A DNA stretch of 64,000 nucleotides from a virus (IMGVR_UViG_3300014205_000180:86989-150988); one strand, 5' to 3'; positions 49,346 to 59,007 are shown, numbered from the stretch's first letter. Notes: generated by a model from the sequence alone, not told the origin. Made by a program: numbers and translations.

Positions 49346-50827
49346 TCAGAGGTTGGAGACGTTGATCGTGCCGTAGAAAAGGCCGCCATCTTCGATAAGC
49401 TTCTTGCCGTAGCGGGTCATCACGCCCTTCGACGGGGTGTAGCTGTTCGGGTCGAGCACGGTCGGAGTGCTGAGCAGCGGGATGTACGGGGCGTAGAAGT
49501 AGCCGCTGTCCAGAGCACTGTTGCCCTTGAAGCCCATCAGGATCTTGCAATTCGGGAAGAGGGGATCCTTGTAGAGCTTCAGCTTGCCCTGGATGGTACC
49601 GGCATTGGTGATGCCAATGTCGATTCCATCGGTGGCGAGGACGTCCGAACCACGGAAGTCGTTCAGCTGCTCGAACTTGCTGGAGATATCCGCCGAAGTG
49701 ACCATCCAGTTGGCCGGTCCGCGCAGCGTGGTCCGGTGGATGACGTTGGCGACTTCCAGGGTCTTGTAGAGCAACGCGATGTTGCGGTCGATGAAGTTCA
49801 CCGAAGCGCCAGCAGCCGTTGCGAAGTTGTGGGTCGCACGGATACTGGAGGCGATGATCAGGTCGTTGATGATTTCACGGTCGATCTCAGCGACGATCTC
49901 ATCACCCATCAGGTCGGTCAGGGTGGCCTCAGCGTCCATGTTGTGCACGGACTTGAGATCCTGAGCCGCCTCAAGGCTCCACGAGGTCTTCAGTTTGCGG
50001 GTGATAGCCGAAACTGAGTCACTGTCGATTGACAGGGTGACTTCTGGCTGGAACGGGTTGTTCTCCAGATCGAACTCGTAGTCCACAGTCGCGTAGGCAC
50101 CAGTCGGGAGCGAGCCGGTGTAGGTCACAACGACCTGAGCCGTGTCGTGGTTGAACGACGTGCTGCCAGTGGTGTCGACCGACAGGCCGGTCACGTCACC
50201 AACCAGGACGGTATCAGGGTTGCCCTTGCTGTCGAAGCTGACCTGGAGCAGCGGGGTCGGGGTGTCGCAGGAGTTCGAATCAGCAGCGTGGACGTTGACG
50301 ACCACGGTTCCGGCCAGGACCGGCTTGTGGGCCAGCTGTCCACTGATCACGCCGCCAGCGATGGTGAGGTTCTCGTCCTTGACAGTCTGTGAACTGTAGT
50401 AGGGGTCGAGCGCCCAGCCGTTCTGACGAGCGTAAGCCTGCGAGGTGTTCTGGCGCATGATCTGCGTGCCAGCGACGGTCTGCCCCTTGGAGATGCCGTA
50501 GCGGTAGCGCACGTAGAAGATCAGCGAGGCGGGCTGGCTCATCGGCTGGACGCCAACGAGATTGTCCGCGATCAGCTTGGGGTAGCTCTTGCGCAGGAGC
50601 GGCAGAGCAAAGCGGGTGAAGTCCGCGATGTTGTTGGTGGTTGTTGCATCCTCGAAGAGAACCTTGCCACCCTTCATGTGGTTGTACTGGTTCTCCATGA
50701 CCGCAGCCATCAGTCCCATCTTGCGATTGGACTTGACTTCGGGCATCTTGTTGAGGACTTTGGCCCACTTGCGGACCTGTTCGTTCTTCTTGGCCTCGGT
50801 TAAGAGGATCTCTTGGCGCTTATTCAC
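49346..50827 (-). CDS. major capsid protein (T4 gp23-like)
   Basis: LVGVQPMSQP, TRKLKTSWSLEAAQDL, EIVAEIDREII, GYFYAPYIPL, KGVMTRYG. Confidence 0.97.
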   Translation of the reverse strand: MNKRQEILLTEAKKNEQVRKWAKVLNKMPEVKSNRKMGLMAAVMENQYNHMKGGKVLFEDATTTNNIADFTRFALPLLRKSYPKLIADNLVGVQPMSQPASLIFYVRYRYGISKGQTVAGTQIMRQNTSQAYARQNGWALDPYYSSQTVKDENLTIAGGVISGQLAHKPVLAGTVVVNVHAADSNSCDTPTPLLQVSFDSKGNPDTVLVGDVTGLSVDTTGSTSFNHDTAQVVVTYTGSLPTGAYATVDYEFDLENNPFQPEVTLSIDSDSVSAITRKLKTSWSLEAAQDLKSVHNMDAEATLTDLMGDEIVAEIDREIINDLIIASSIRATHNFATAAGASVNFIDRNIALLYKTLEVANVIHRTTLRGPANWMVTSADISSKFEQLNDFRGSDVLATDGIDIGITNAGTIQGKLKLYKDPLFPNCKILMGFKGNSALDSGYFYAPYIPLLSTPTVLDPNSYTPSKGVMTRYGKKLIEDGGLFYGTINVSNL

Positions 50828-50856
50828 GGGATATCTCCGGTTGGATGGATGGTTGA

Positions 50857-51582
50857 TTAGGCGGTCAGCGATTCAGCGATGACGTCCATCTCTGATGCTG
50901 GCTGTGTTTCTTTGGCAGCAGCGACAGGCTGTTTCTTAGCAGCGTTCTGCTTGTCTTCAGAAACCACAGTCTTTGGTTCGGCTGCGGCTTGCTTCTCATC
51001 AGCGAGAGTGGTCTTCTTCTCGGTTACCTTGCTCTCTTCGATTGTCTTCTCAAGGGTCTTGACCTGACCTTCCATGACCTTTTGACGGTGCATGGATTTC
51101 TCAGCTATCTCTGAGAGCTTGGCGGACTTAGCCTTCTCACGCTGGAGGGAAGCATTGGACTCGGCCAATTGCTTCTCAACAGCAGCCTTCTGTTCCATGG
51201 CAGCCTGGAGAGCCTGATCGTTTTTAGCGCCGTCCAAATTGATGCCTTCAAGCAATGCTTTGAGATGCTTGAGCTTTGTTACGGCTTCAGACTCTTCAAT
51301 CGCGTGCTTCTTGGAAGCAGCCTTTTCGATCGCAGTGACCTTCGACTCGATGAATCTCTGGACACCACGTGCGAGAGCGGATTTGTGAGCTTCGGTTTCT
51401 TCGACGCAGATCTGCTTGGCCTTATTCAGGCGCTGAGTGAACTCTTCCTTAAGAGCTTTCTCTTTAGCGGCGAAGTGCTCATTAACAATGCCAGAAAATT
51501 CTTTAATAGCTGCCTCAGAGATATTCATCTTCTTGAGGATTGATTCGATTTTGCTGAGATCCATCTTTTGTTCCTTTGTCAT
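50857..51582 (-). CDS. prohead scaffold/core protein (gp22-like)
   Basis: charged coiled coil directly upstream of the MCP, many I/L-x-E-S sites. Confidence 0.75.
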   Translation of the reverse strand: MTKEQKMDLSKIESILKKMNISEAAIKEFSGIVNEHFAAKEKALKEEFTQRLNKAKQICVEETEAHKSALARGVQRFIESKVTAIEKAASKKHAIEESEAVTKLKHLKALLEGINLDGAKNDQALQAAMEQKAAVEKQLAESNASLQREKAKSAKLSEIAEKSMHRQKVMEGQVKTLEKTIEESKVTEKKTTLADEKQAAAEPKTVVSEDKQNAAKKQPVAAAKETQPASEMDVIAESLTA

Positions 51583-51610
51583 TAGGTGACGGGAATCGAG
51601 CTAGTTATTA

Positions 51611-51669
51611 GGTTAATTAACCCGATAAAGTAATTTTGTTGATCAACAAGTAATTCAGGATAATTATCC
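51611..51669. promoter_or_regulatory. cluster of three perfect palindromes in a divergent intergenic region
   Basis: GGTTAATTAACC (51611-22), TTGTTGATCAACAA (51636-49), GGATAATTATCC (51658-69). Confidence 0.55.
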
Positions 51670-51707
51670 ATGTATTTTATTATAAGTAAATAATTTCACA
51701 CACTAAT

Positions 51708-52349
51708 ATGAAAAAAATAAAAATCATATGTGTAGATTGTGGTTTAAAATATGAATTCCTACCAAGATGGACGATAAAGAACGATCCAAAAAAATTCGTC
51801 TGCAGAAATTGTAAAATTAAAAAGACTACTCAGTCTAAGAAGTTTAAGGATGAATCACGTGAAAGATCTATAAAGAATTTATCTAATGAAATAACAAAAT
51901 CGAAGATGAGTATAATTGCAACTATAAATAATGCTAAAAATGCTGCTAAGATAAGTGAATCATTAAGGAAATTTTATCAAAATTCTAAGAATAAATCTAA
52001 TAGTAGTGATAATATTAAAAAATTATGGAAGTCTAAGAATTATAGGGATAGGATAACCGATAAGATTAGAGAAAAATGGCAGCAAGATGAATATAGATCA
52101 AAAGTGCTAGCTTCTAAAGATAAAATTGATATGAATATGAAATTCAGTTCAAAAGACCATAATGATCTTAAAAAGAGATTAATAAAATCTGGAATTAAAT
52201 TCGAAGAGAATTTTTATCTTGGCATACATAAGTTCGATTTCTTAATAAATGATAAGGTAATTGTAGATCTTGAAGCAGATGATGTTAAAAAATTATTTGC
52301 TGAACACTATTTTAAACAATATAAATATCAGACTATTTATAATGTCTGA
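51708..52349 (+). CDS. homing-endonuclease-like basic protein (Zn ribbon, NUMOD-like helices, degenerate DUF559/Vsr-like C-terminus)
   Basis: CVDC..CRNC; KISESLRK and KKLWKSKNYR repeats; HKFDFLI..VIVDLEAD truncated nuclease. Confidence 0.6.
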   Translation: MKKIKIICVDCGLKYEFLPRWTIKNDPKKFVCRNCKIKKTTQSKKFKDESRERSIKNLSNEITKSKMSIIATINNAKNAAKISESLRKFYQNSKNKSNSSDNIKKLWKSKNYRDRITDKIREKWQQDEYRSKVLASKDKIDMNMKFSSKDHNDLKKRLIKSGIKFEENFYLGIHKFDFLINDKVIVDLEADDVKKLFAEHYFKQYKYQTIYNV

Positions 52350-52527
52350 TATTCTGCCAATTCCTGCCCAAGCCATCATCTTTATTATCTGGTGCTGTCG
52401 CATCAATTACTTCATCTTCTAAACCAACTTCTTTTGGTTCTATTGGCTTATTATTTGGTTTAGCATCACCAACAGTTGTACTTCTTATTTTTACTAATTC
52501 TTTTTCAAATTGAGAATCACCCATATC
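52333..52527 (-). CDS. small hypothetical protein
   Basis: MGDSQFEK start after CAAAAATAC box. Confidence 0.5.
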   Translation of the reverse strand, partial: DMGDSQFEKELVKIRSTTVGDAKPNNKPIEPKEVGLEDEVIDATAPDNKDDGLGRNWQNIRHYK

Positions 52528-52543
52528 GTATTTTTGAAAACAG

Positions 52544-52573
52544 TTCACCCCAGGATTTTGGTCCTGGGGTGAA
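52544..52573 (-). terminator. intrinsic terminator
   Basis: TTCACCCCAGGA-N6-TCCTGGGGTGAA, TGTTTT tail on the minus strand. Confidence 0.85.
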
Positions 52574-52594
52574 TTACTTCCATCTATCAGATTC

Positions 52595-53686
52595 TTATTT
52601 AACTAACTTGCCTTTTTTCTGGATCGATTCAAGTCTGGCCATGAATCCAGCATCTTCTTTCGCTTCTACTTCCTGAACCCCAGGCTCTTCAGCTTTTTCA
52701 ACTTCTATCTCAACCTCAGCACCTTCACCGCCATGTTCCTCTTCGCCTTGCTCTTCCTTGGCGAATTCTTTAAATCCAGTGGCAAGATCGTCAAGTGAAT
52801 TTACGATCTTATCGAGAGCAGTTGGTTCTATTTCGCCACCAACTTCAAGTTCTGGCGGTAAAGCTCCTAAGCCTTTTCCGCCATCTGGCATATCAGCGCC
52901 AGTGAACTCACCGTCTCCCTCGGCACCAACTTCAGATTCGCCGCCTTCAACTTCGGCACCTTCAACTTCGGCACCTTCGGCACCTTCGTCTTCACCTTCC
53001 TCTTCTTTGTCTTCCTCTTCACCACCTTCATCCTTGAGGAAATCAGGAGTCTCTTCTTTAACAACTTTCTTTTTCTTGTCCTTCTTATCATCACATTTCT
53101 CATCATCCTTATCGCACTTCTCTTCTTCTTTAACAACAGTCACTTTTGTACCAGCTTTCAATGTGGTTGTTTTGCCGTCCATCTCGACAAGTACATCATG
53201 AGGAAGAACGATACTCTCTCCAACAGTATTATCACCCTTAAGATCCGGACTGGCTTTAACGGTCGAGGCGGCAACACCCTTGCCATCAGCCTTTTCCATG
53301 GCCTTGCCATCAGTTCCGCCGCCAAATTTGGCCTTACCAGTCGTGGCAGATTCTACCGATTTACCATCAGCTTTTTCAATTGCTTTACCATCAGTTCCAC
53401 CAGTGACTTTGGCTTCACCAACCTTGGCTGAGGCTACCGACTTGCCATCAGCTTTTTCGATTGCTGGTTTATCAGCGCCTTCAGCGGCCTTACCGCCCTT
53501 CTCGACGCCACCACCATCGCCGCCGACTGTCTTGCCGCCGCCGTCCAATTTGACCTTCTCGGTCTTGGTAGCATCGCTAGGAGTCTTCATTTCTTTAGGC
53601 TCCTTGGCAGCAACGCCTTTTCCATCGGCGCTGTCAACAGCTTCGATCTCTTCTTTGAGAGCTTTGATAATATCTTCGCGATCCAT
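52595..53686 (-). CDS. low-complexity prohead core/internal protein
   Basis: repeats of GGTDGKAIEKADGKSV, acidic tracts, head-gene position, shared motif. Confidence 0.7.
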   Translation of the reverse strand: MDREDIIKALKEEIEAVDSADGKGVAAKEPKEMKTPSDATKTEKVKLDGGGKTVGGDGGGVEKGGKAAEGADKPAIEKADGKSVASAKVGEAKVTGGTDGKAIEKADGKSVESATTGKAKFGGGTDGKAMEKADGKGVAASTVKASPDLKGDNTVGESIVLPHDVLVEMDGKTTTLKAGTKVTVVKEEEKCDKDDEKCDDKKDKKKKVVKEETPDFLKDEGGEEEDKEEEGEDEGAEGAEVEGAEVEGGESEVGAEGDGEFTGADMPDGGKGLGALPPELEVGGEIEPTALDKIVNSLDDLATGFKEFAKEEQGEEEHGGEGAEVEIEVEKAEEPGVQEVEAKEDAGFMARLESIQKKGKLVK

Positions 53687-53727
53687 TGGGTATTCCTTAG
53701 AATGAAGGTCGGTGATTTAAATTTGAT

Positions 53728-54309
53728 TTACTTCTGTACTGGCTTAATCTTAGACAGAGCACGTTCGAAATCAGTAGATTCTGAAACTACCTTATCTGAT
53801 TTGCTGTGAGATTCACCAATATTTTTTGATTGTAACTTATCAATTAAATCTGATCCTTTGAATTTTCCTGATATATTATCAATTGGAACAAATAAATTTT
53901 CCATACTTTCATCTTCATATAATCCGTCATCATTTCTTGAATAATTTGGTTCGCCACACGCTGTAAACTTATCTACGACACCTTTGATTATCCATCCTGA
54001 ACCATCATTAAAAATATTTATATATCCATCTTTAGAAAGTGATCCATCTATTGGAACATAAATATTTTCTTCATCACTATCAAAAATTATTCCATCATCA
54101 CTTTGTGTAAATTTAGGATAATTTTTATCAGCTTTTATCATACTCAAATCTACAACACTGCGCAAAGTCCATCCATTAGAGCCATCAAAACGTAAATTAC
54201 GATATTTAGATATGATATTTTCTTTTATCATTCTTAACGTTGATCCAGCAGGAAGCTTGATCCGCTTACCATCATTTTCAATAATAGTATCTTTAGTAAG
54301 CTTGATCAT
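53728..54309 (-). CDS. putative internal head protein with a tandem duplicated domain
   Basis: DGSNGWTLRSVVD..DDG..ENIYVPID and DGSGWIIKGVVD..DDG..ENLFVPID; shared N-terminal motif. Confidence 0.65.
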   Translation of the reverse strand: MIKLTKDTIIENDGKRIKLPAGSTLRMIKENIISKYRNLRFDGSNGWTLRSVVDLSMIKADKNYPKFTQSDDGIIFDSDEENIYVPIDGSLSKDGYINIFNDGSGWIIKGVVDKFTACGEPNYSRNDDGLYEDESMENLFVPIDNISGKFKGSDLIDKLQSKNIGESHSKSDKVVSESTDFERALSKIKPVQK

Positions 54310-54310
54310 T

Positions 54311-54970
54311 TTATTTTCTAAAAGTAAGCTTGGTTTCAGCTAAGAATTGCTTTTCAAGATCAATACGTGACTTATCACGAGCAACGCGAATCTTGCTCTC
54401 CATAACATTTAGTTGAGTACCGCTAACTGATGGCTCGTTAACCGCATCAAAAGTTACGAACTTAAATCCTGGCAGAACTCTATTGAATTCATTGCCGTCT
54501 TCATTGAGGTATGATTCAAGATCACCAACACCACGACTACTTATGCAAACTCTAACATCCTGATCGATGAGAGCCTTGACCATCTGACCTTTAGGCATCC
54601 CTTCAAGAATTTCAAACTGACCATAAACATTCTTGCCTTCCATCCACAGCTTGGTCAGAAGGATAGCTGCATTCTCAGTATGGATCTTAGCATCATCTGG
54701 GTGATCAAGTTCACCAAGAACCATTCTCTCTTTAATTGATGGTTGGAGAGCTTCGATGGACTCTACCATTACATCCATTGGATAGAAACGACCATTTTCG
54801 TTCGGAGTATCGGCTTTTTGGACAAGACTGATTAACCGTGTTACAGGACGCTTACCAGATCCGTTTGCCGACTCGGCAAGAATCGAGTCTTGCTTAATCA
54901 CCTTAAGAGGGTAATAATCTCTAATTACCTGATTCTTGGTGATTATACGGTTAGTCATGACTTGGGGCAT
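54311..54970 (-). CDS. prohead protease (T4 gp21-like)
   Basis: NENGRFYP, LGELDHP, ISSRGVG, FDAVNEPS. Confidence 0.95.
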   Translation of the reverse strand: MPQVMTNRIITKNQVIRDYYPLKVIKQDSILAESANGSGKRPVTRLISLVQKADTPNENGRFYPMDVMVESIEALQPSIKERMVLGELDHPDDAKIHTENAAILLTKLWMEGKNVYGQFEILEGMPKGQMVKALIDQDVRVCISSRGVGDLESYLNEDGNEFNRVLPGFKFVTFDAVNEPSVSGTQLNVMESKIRVARDKSRIDLEKQFLAETKLTFRK

Positions 54971-55007
54971 TTTATACCTTCAATTTGCCTTTGGTTATGT
55001 GCTAACC

Positions 55008-57254
55008 TTATTCCTTAGTCGCACTTGGGAGGCCAGCATCCGGCTTCTCTTTGCCAGTTTTGGCTTTGCCAGTGCCGTCATAATCTTCATCACTGAACTT
55101 AGGAGGATCATTCCTCTTCTTGCCTTCATGATCCTTCTTATCATCCTGATGGCCAGCAAAGCTCTTACTCTCTGGGTCAGTTATATCGTTATCTTCCTTG
55201 ACCATAGGATTATCGCATTCTTCAACTTTCTTTTCTGTATCAACAATCAATTCGCCTTCATCTTTCTTTGGTTCAACATCTGAACCAGTCTTATCATCTG
55301 CGTCCATCGCAGCACTGATAAGCTCGATGAGCTTGTCGTCAGTATCAGCAACAGCAATCATCGACTCTTCAACTTTCTTCTCTTCCTTCTTCTCCTTCTT
55401 CTCTTCCTTTACTTCCTCAGCCTTCTTCTCTTCCTTTTTCTCTTCCTTCTTCTCTTTCGCTTCATCTACCTTTTTCTCTTCTTTATCATCTACCTTTTTC
55501 TCATCTTTTTTATCGTCCTTCTCATCCTTCTCATCCTTCTTTTCCCATGGCTTTTCACCTTCGCCATAGGACTCATTGACTTTTAATTTGTCATCAATCG
55601 CTGGTGTTTTATAGTCACTCTCGGCAACGACTGATCCTTCAGTCTTTTTGCTGTCAAGAACAGGCTCTTCCTCTTCTTCAGCGCCAGGAACCGGAATAGG
55701 TTCAGCGCCAGGAGCAGGCTCAGCGCCTAAATCGGCAGGTGCGCCACCAGCGGCACCAATATCACCACCAGCGCCGCCCATATCACCACCAGCAGCGCCA
55801 ACATCCGCGCCCATATCACCACCAGCACCTCCAATATCGCCAACATCACCACCAACGCCGCCCATTGAAGGAGCGGTGAAATCTTCGCCCATGTCGCCAG
55901 CGAAATCACCTTCTAAGTCTTCAGGAGCGCCAAATGCATCGGCTGCTTGTGGCTCAGGAACTTTATCGAAATCACCAAGCGTTTGAACGTCACTGATCAG
56001 ATCAGAACCAACTGTTGCAAGAAGATCTTCGACCTCATAGAGAGTTGCATCATCAATGCTATTAATATCACTCTCAAGACGTATTACGAGGTCATCAACA
56101 GCGCCCTGTACTGCAGCGTCTGCATCAGATCCGCTAACAACATTCTTGACCAGTTTCAGCATATTGAGATATGCCTGAGCCTTGACGGCTTTCGATGACA
56201 TATCCTCAACAAGGATTGACTTTATGAACGAATCATAAGCTTCTGAGAATTTCTTCGGATTCGCAGAAACCTCTTCGAGCAATTTAACATTATTAGAAAG
56301 ATTCTTCGACTTGGCATCATCAGCAGCAATCTTCCATTCTTTAATTATTGAATCTTTATTAACGAAGCAATTGGTTTCCCATAATACTGCAGAGGTATCA
56401 TCAACAATCTTGTGATTGAAAATGCCATTAGAATACAGTGTATTCTCAATCAGTTGCTTGAACTCGCCCTTACTAAGCAAGGTGAATTCTTGCTCTTCAG
56501 CGAAGAAATCCTTCGAAAGCTTCACCGATTCACGTACATTACTATTTGAAATATGGGCAGCACACGCTTTGATTAATCTGCCGAAATTTTCACTCTTATA
56601 GGCATTTTCAGCCACATTCTTCATGTGGCGAGCATTAACCTGTCTAAGAGTTAATTTAGTAATTGGCATCTTAACATTTTTATCACTATAGCTAACAACA
56701 CCTTCTTTGATAGTAATTTTAGACGATATGATTGATTCCTTAATAACTTTAACAACTACTGGGAATATCGACTCTGAAATTATAGAACTGCTGACACAGA
56801 TCTTATGAATTAAGCCATCACGTGTCTTTACTATACCACTCTCTGGTATTACTTTAGGGGTGCAGTAACCCTTTTCGATTTGATTGAAAATTTTATCAGC
56901 TTTTGATAAGTCTTCATCTTCAATTGCTTCAATTATTTCTGAGCATGCTTTGTTGAATATTTCTGGTTTCTTTTCATCAACAACGATTATTTGTTTGATA
57001 TCGCTTAACGAAATCTGATGATCGGCCATTTTATAATCAGCACGATAATAGTTATTAGACTTTATATCTTCAAACATTAATGATCCTGCATTAACAGATA
57101 CTAGTCTGAATTTTCTATCAAATTCTGTGCCAAGCTTATTCAGCTTACTCTCCATCATCGATACTTGGCCAGAGAAGCCCTGGTTAATGGTGCTCAGCAA
57201 CTTGCGAGCATCCATTTTAACCTTGGAGATGGACAGACTCTTGGGATTACTCAT
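55008..57254 (-). CDS. large prohead core/scaffold-associated protein
   Basis: between portal and protease; many I/V-x-E-S sites; Gly/Ala and Lys/Glu low-complexity tail. Confidence 0.65.
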   Translation of the reverse strand: MSNPKSLSISKVKMDARKLLSTINQGFSGQVSMMESKLNKLGTEFDRKFRLVSVNAGSLMFEDIKSNNYYRADYKMADHQISLSDIKQIIVVDEKKPEIFNKACSEIIEAIEDEDLSKADKIFNQIEKGYCTPKVIPESGIVKTRDGLIHKICVSSSIISESIFPVVVKVIKESIISSKITIKEGVVSYSDKNVKMPITKLTLRQVNARHMKNVAENAYKSENFGRLIKACAAHISNSNVRESVKLSKDFFAEEQEFTLLSKGEFKQLIENTLYSNGIFNHKIVDDTSAVLWETNCFVNKDSIIKEWKIAADDAKSKNLSNNVKLLEEVSANPKKFSEAYDSFIKSILVEDMSSKAVKAQAYLNMLKLVKNVVSGSDADAAVQGAVDDLVIRLESDINSIDDATLYEVEDLLATVGSDLISDVQTLGDFDKVPEPQAADAFGAPEDLEGDFAGDMGEDFTAPSMGGVGGDVGDIGGAGGDMGADVGAAGGDMGGAGGDIGAAGGAPADLGAEPAPGAEPIPVPGAEEEEEPVLDSKKTEGSVVAESDYKTPAIDDKLKVNESYGEGEKPWEKKDEKDEKDDKKDEKKVDDKEEKKVDEAKEKKEEKKEEKKAEEVKEEKKEKKEEKKVEESMIAVADTDDKLIELISAAMDADDKTGSDVEPKKDEGELIVDTEKKVEECDNPMVKEDNDITDPESKSFAGHQDDKKDHEGKKRNDPPKFSDEDYDGTGKAKTGKEKPDAGLPSATKE

Positions 57255-57294
57255 GCTTATTACCTTAATTTAGGGTATTTTTGCGTTGATATAC

Positions 57295-58995
57295 TCAACC
57301 TGGGATATCTGACATTTTGACATCAGTATCCTCTTCAGTAATATTAGATTCAACTGATTCAAGGAATAATTTCATTTCAGCTATAACACTCTCTGATCCA
57401 CTCTTTTGGTTAAGCTTCCTGTTCTTATATAAGATACCATCAAGTTCATTTTCATTTAATAATTTATTAAATGATGCATGCGGACCAAACTTTATTCTTG
57501 ATTCTTCTACTTTTTCTAGAGCTTCCTTAAGAAGCATTTTATTATTTTCTTTAATCAATGATTCAAAGAAGTCTTCTTCACCCTCTCCACCACCTTCTTC
57601 GCCACCCTCTTTACCTTTTTTCTTCTTATTAATTTCCATAGTTCTCTTAATCACTTCAAGTTCATCTTTAGTAAGATCAGTGAATTTCTCTACTATCCAT
57701 TCATCTGGGAATATCCCAAGTTCTTTTAATCCTCCCATTATATCAACTCTACTAGCCCAAGTTTCTATTCTATATAATTCATCAATAGCACTGGCAGAAG
57801 TCATACTTAATTCAAAATCTTTCATATCATCAATACTAAACCCCTTCAGAGCCAGATGCACAAGAACTATCTTTTTAATACCAACTATTAATTGATCTTG
57901 TATCCATTGGATAGCTTTTGCAAATTCTGGAGATTGCTGAGCTACGGTCTTCGTCGAATCTGATCCTTCTTGTGCAAGGCCAACACGATTGAACGGTATC
58001 TTTAATGCTGATATTACTTTCTTCTTAAAGTATTCAATATCAGCTATCTCGCCAAGATTTTCAGCGCCCTTAAGGGTATCTATTTCAACACCAGAGCCAT
58101 CAGCAGCCATTGGTACCCAATAATCATCATCTTGGATATGCGGAGCATATTTTTCATTCATTGCACCGGTTGCTGGATCAATAAATTTATGTTTCTTAAA
58201 TCTTCTAGCTATAATTTGAATATACTGTTCGCGTTCTTTGGGAGGCAAATTACCAACAGGTACTTTGAATATTCTCTTCTCAGGAGCACGCACCAAACGA
58301 TAGATTAATGCAGCATCTTCCATCAATCTCAGTCTGCGCCAATCTCTACGAGCACCATCAAGTATTGATCTACCATATGGAACATATAATTGTTCAAAAT
58401 TTAACAGTCTAATATGAGAAACTTGCCATGGATTATAGTATACAGGTTGCTGGCCTGGAAGCTGGTAAAAGAATCCAACCAGATCGCCAAATTTTGTTTC
58501 AACTCTGGTAAAATTATACATGTACATCGTTTTAATAGATGCAACACCATCACGATTAGATGTTGGAACTATTTCACAAGCATAATCACCATATTTAGTA
58601 AGATATCTCGCTATCGGTCTGATCTGGGCATCTATATTAAGAACATTATATAATAAATCTTCAACTTCCTTTTTCAGTCTTATACTAGAAGTTTTTACAA
58701 ATATAGAGTGATTTCTTTCTGGATCTCTTAAAGAGCATTCATCTGCGTAAAGATCTAAAGCTAGCGATATTTCACCAACTTCATCCATCTGGTCATAATC
58801 TTTCATCCTCTCAAGTCTATTAATCTGAACGTTACTTTGTTCTATAAAGAAAGCTGGATCATTTATATCAATTATACCATTAGGATTAGTATAAACTTTC
58901 GCTGCATCTGGCTGATTTTGTAATATATTCTCGTGGGAAAATATATTAGCCCTCTTAAACAATAATCGGACCTTATCAAATAAAACAAAACTCAT
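57295..58995 (-). CDS. portal protein (T4 gp20-like)
   Basis: PYGRSILD, LMEDAALIYRLVRAPEKRIF.VPVGNLP, IDTLKGAENLGEIADIEYF. Confidence 0.96.
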   Translation of the reverse strand: MSFVLFDKVRLLFKRANIFSHENILQNQPDAAKVYTNPNGIIDINDPAFFIEQSNVQINRLERMKDYDQMDEVGEISLALDLYADECSLRDPERNHSIFVKTSSIRLKKEVEDLLYNVLNIDAQIRPIARYLTKYGDYACEIVPTSNRDGVASIKTMYMYNFTRVETKFGDLVGFFYQLPGQQPVYYNPWQVSHIRLLNFEQLYVPYGRSILDGARRDWRRLRLMEDAALIYRLVRAPEKRIFKVPVGNLPPKEREQYIQIIARRFKKHKFIDPATGAMNEKYAPHIQDDDYWVPMAADGSGVEIDTLKGAENLGEIADIEYFKKKVISALKIPFNRVGLAQEGSDSTKTVAQQSPEFAKAIQWIQDQLIVGIKKIVLVHLALKGFSIDDMKDFELSMTSASAIDELYRIETWASRVDIMGGLKELGIFPDEWIVEKFTDLTKDELEVIKRTMEINKKKKGKEGGEEGGGEGEEDFFESLIKENNKMLLKEALEKVEESRIKFGPHASFNKLLNENELDGILYKNRKLNQKSGSESVIAEMKLFLESVESNITEEDTDVKMSDIPG

Positions 58996-58999
58996 GTTT

Positions 59000-59007
59000 T
59001 ATATTTA
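59000..59007 (-). promoter_or_regulatory. representative late-promoter-like box YAAATATA, 4 nt before the portal ATG (at least 10 copies in the window)
   Basis: copies at 5289, 21101, 24342, 27013, 30321, 33304, 37661, 44188, 59000 and 62146 (AAAATATA); resembles T4 TATAAATA. Confidence 0.75.

Noticed and set aside
49227-50882. Several long alternative-frame and antisense ORFs over the MCP (e.g. 49319-50017, 50280-50768, 49227-49550)
   Set aside because: Shadow ORFs expected from GC-rich biased codons; no motifs; 49227-49550 runs through the terminator and no slippery site was seen to support a frameshifted MCP extension
52758-57895. Plus-strand Ser/Phe/Pro-rich ORFs (52758, 53280, 55198, 55648, 57317)
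   Set aside because: Antisense reflections of Glu/Lys/Gly low-complexity coding on the minus strand
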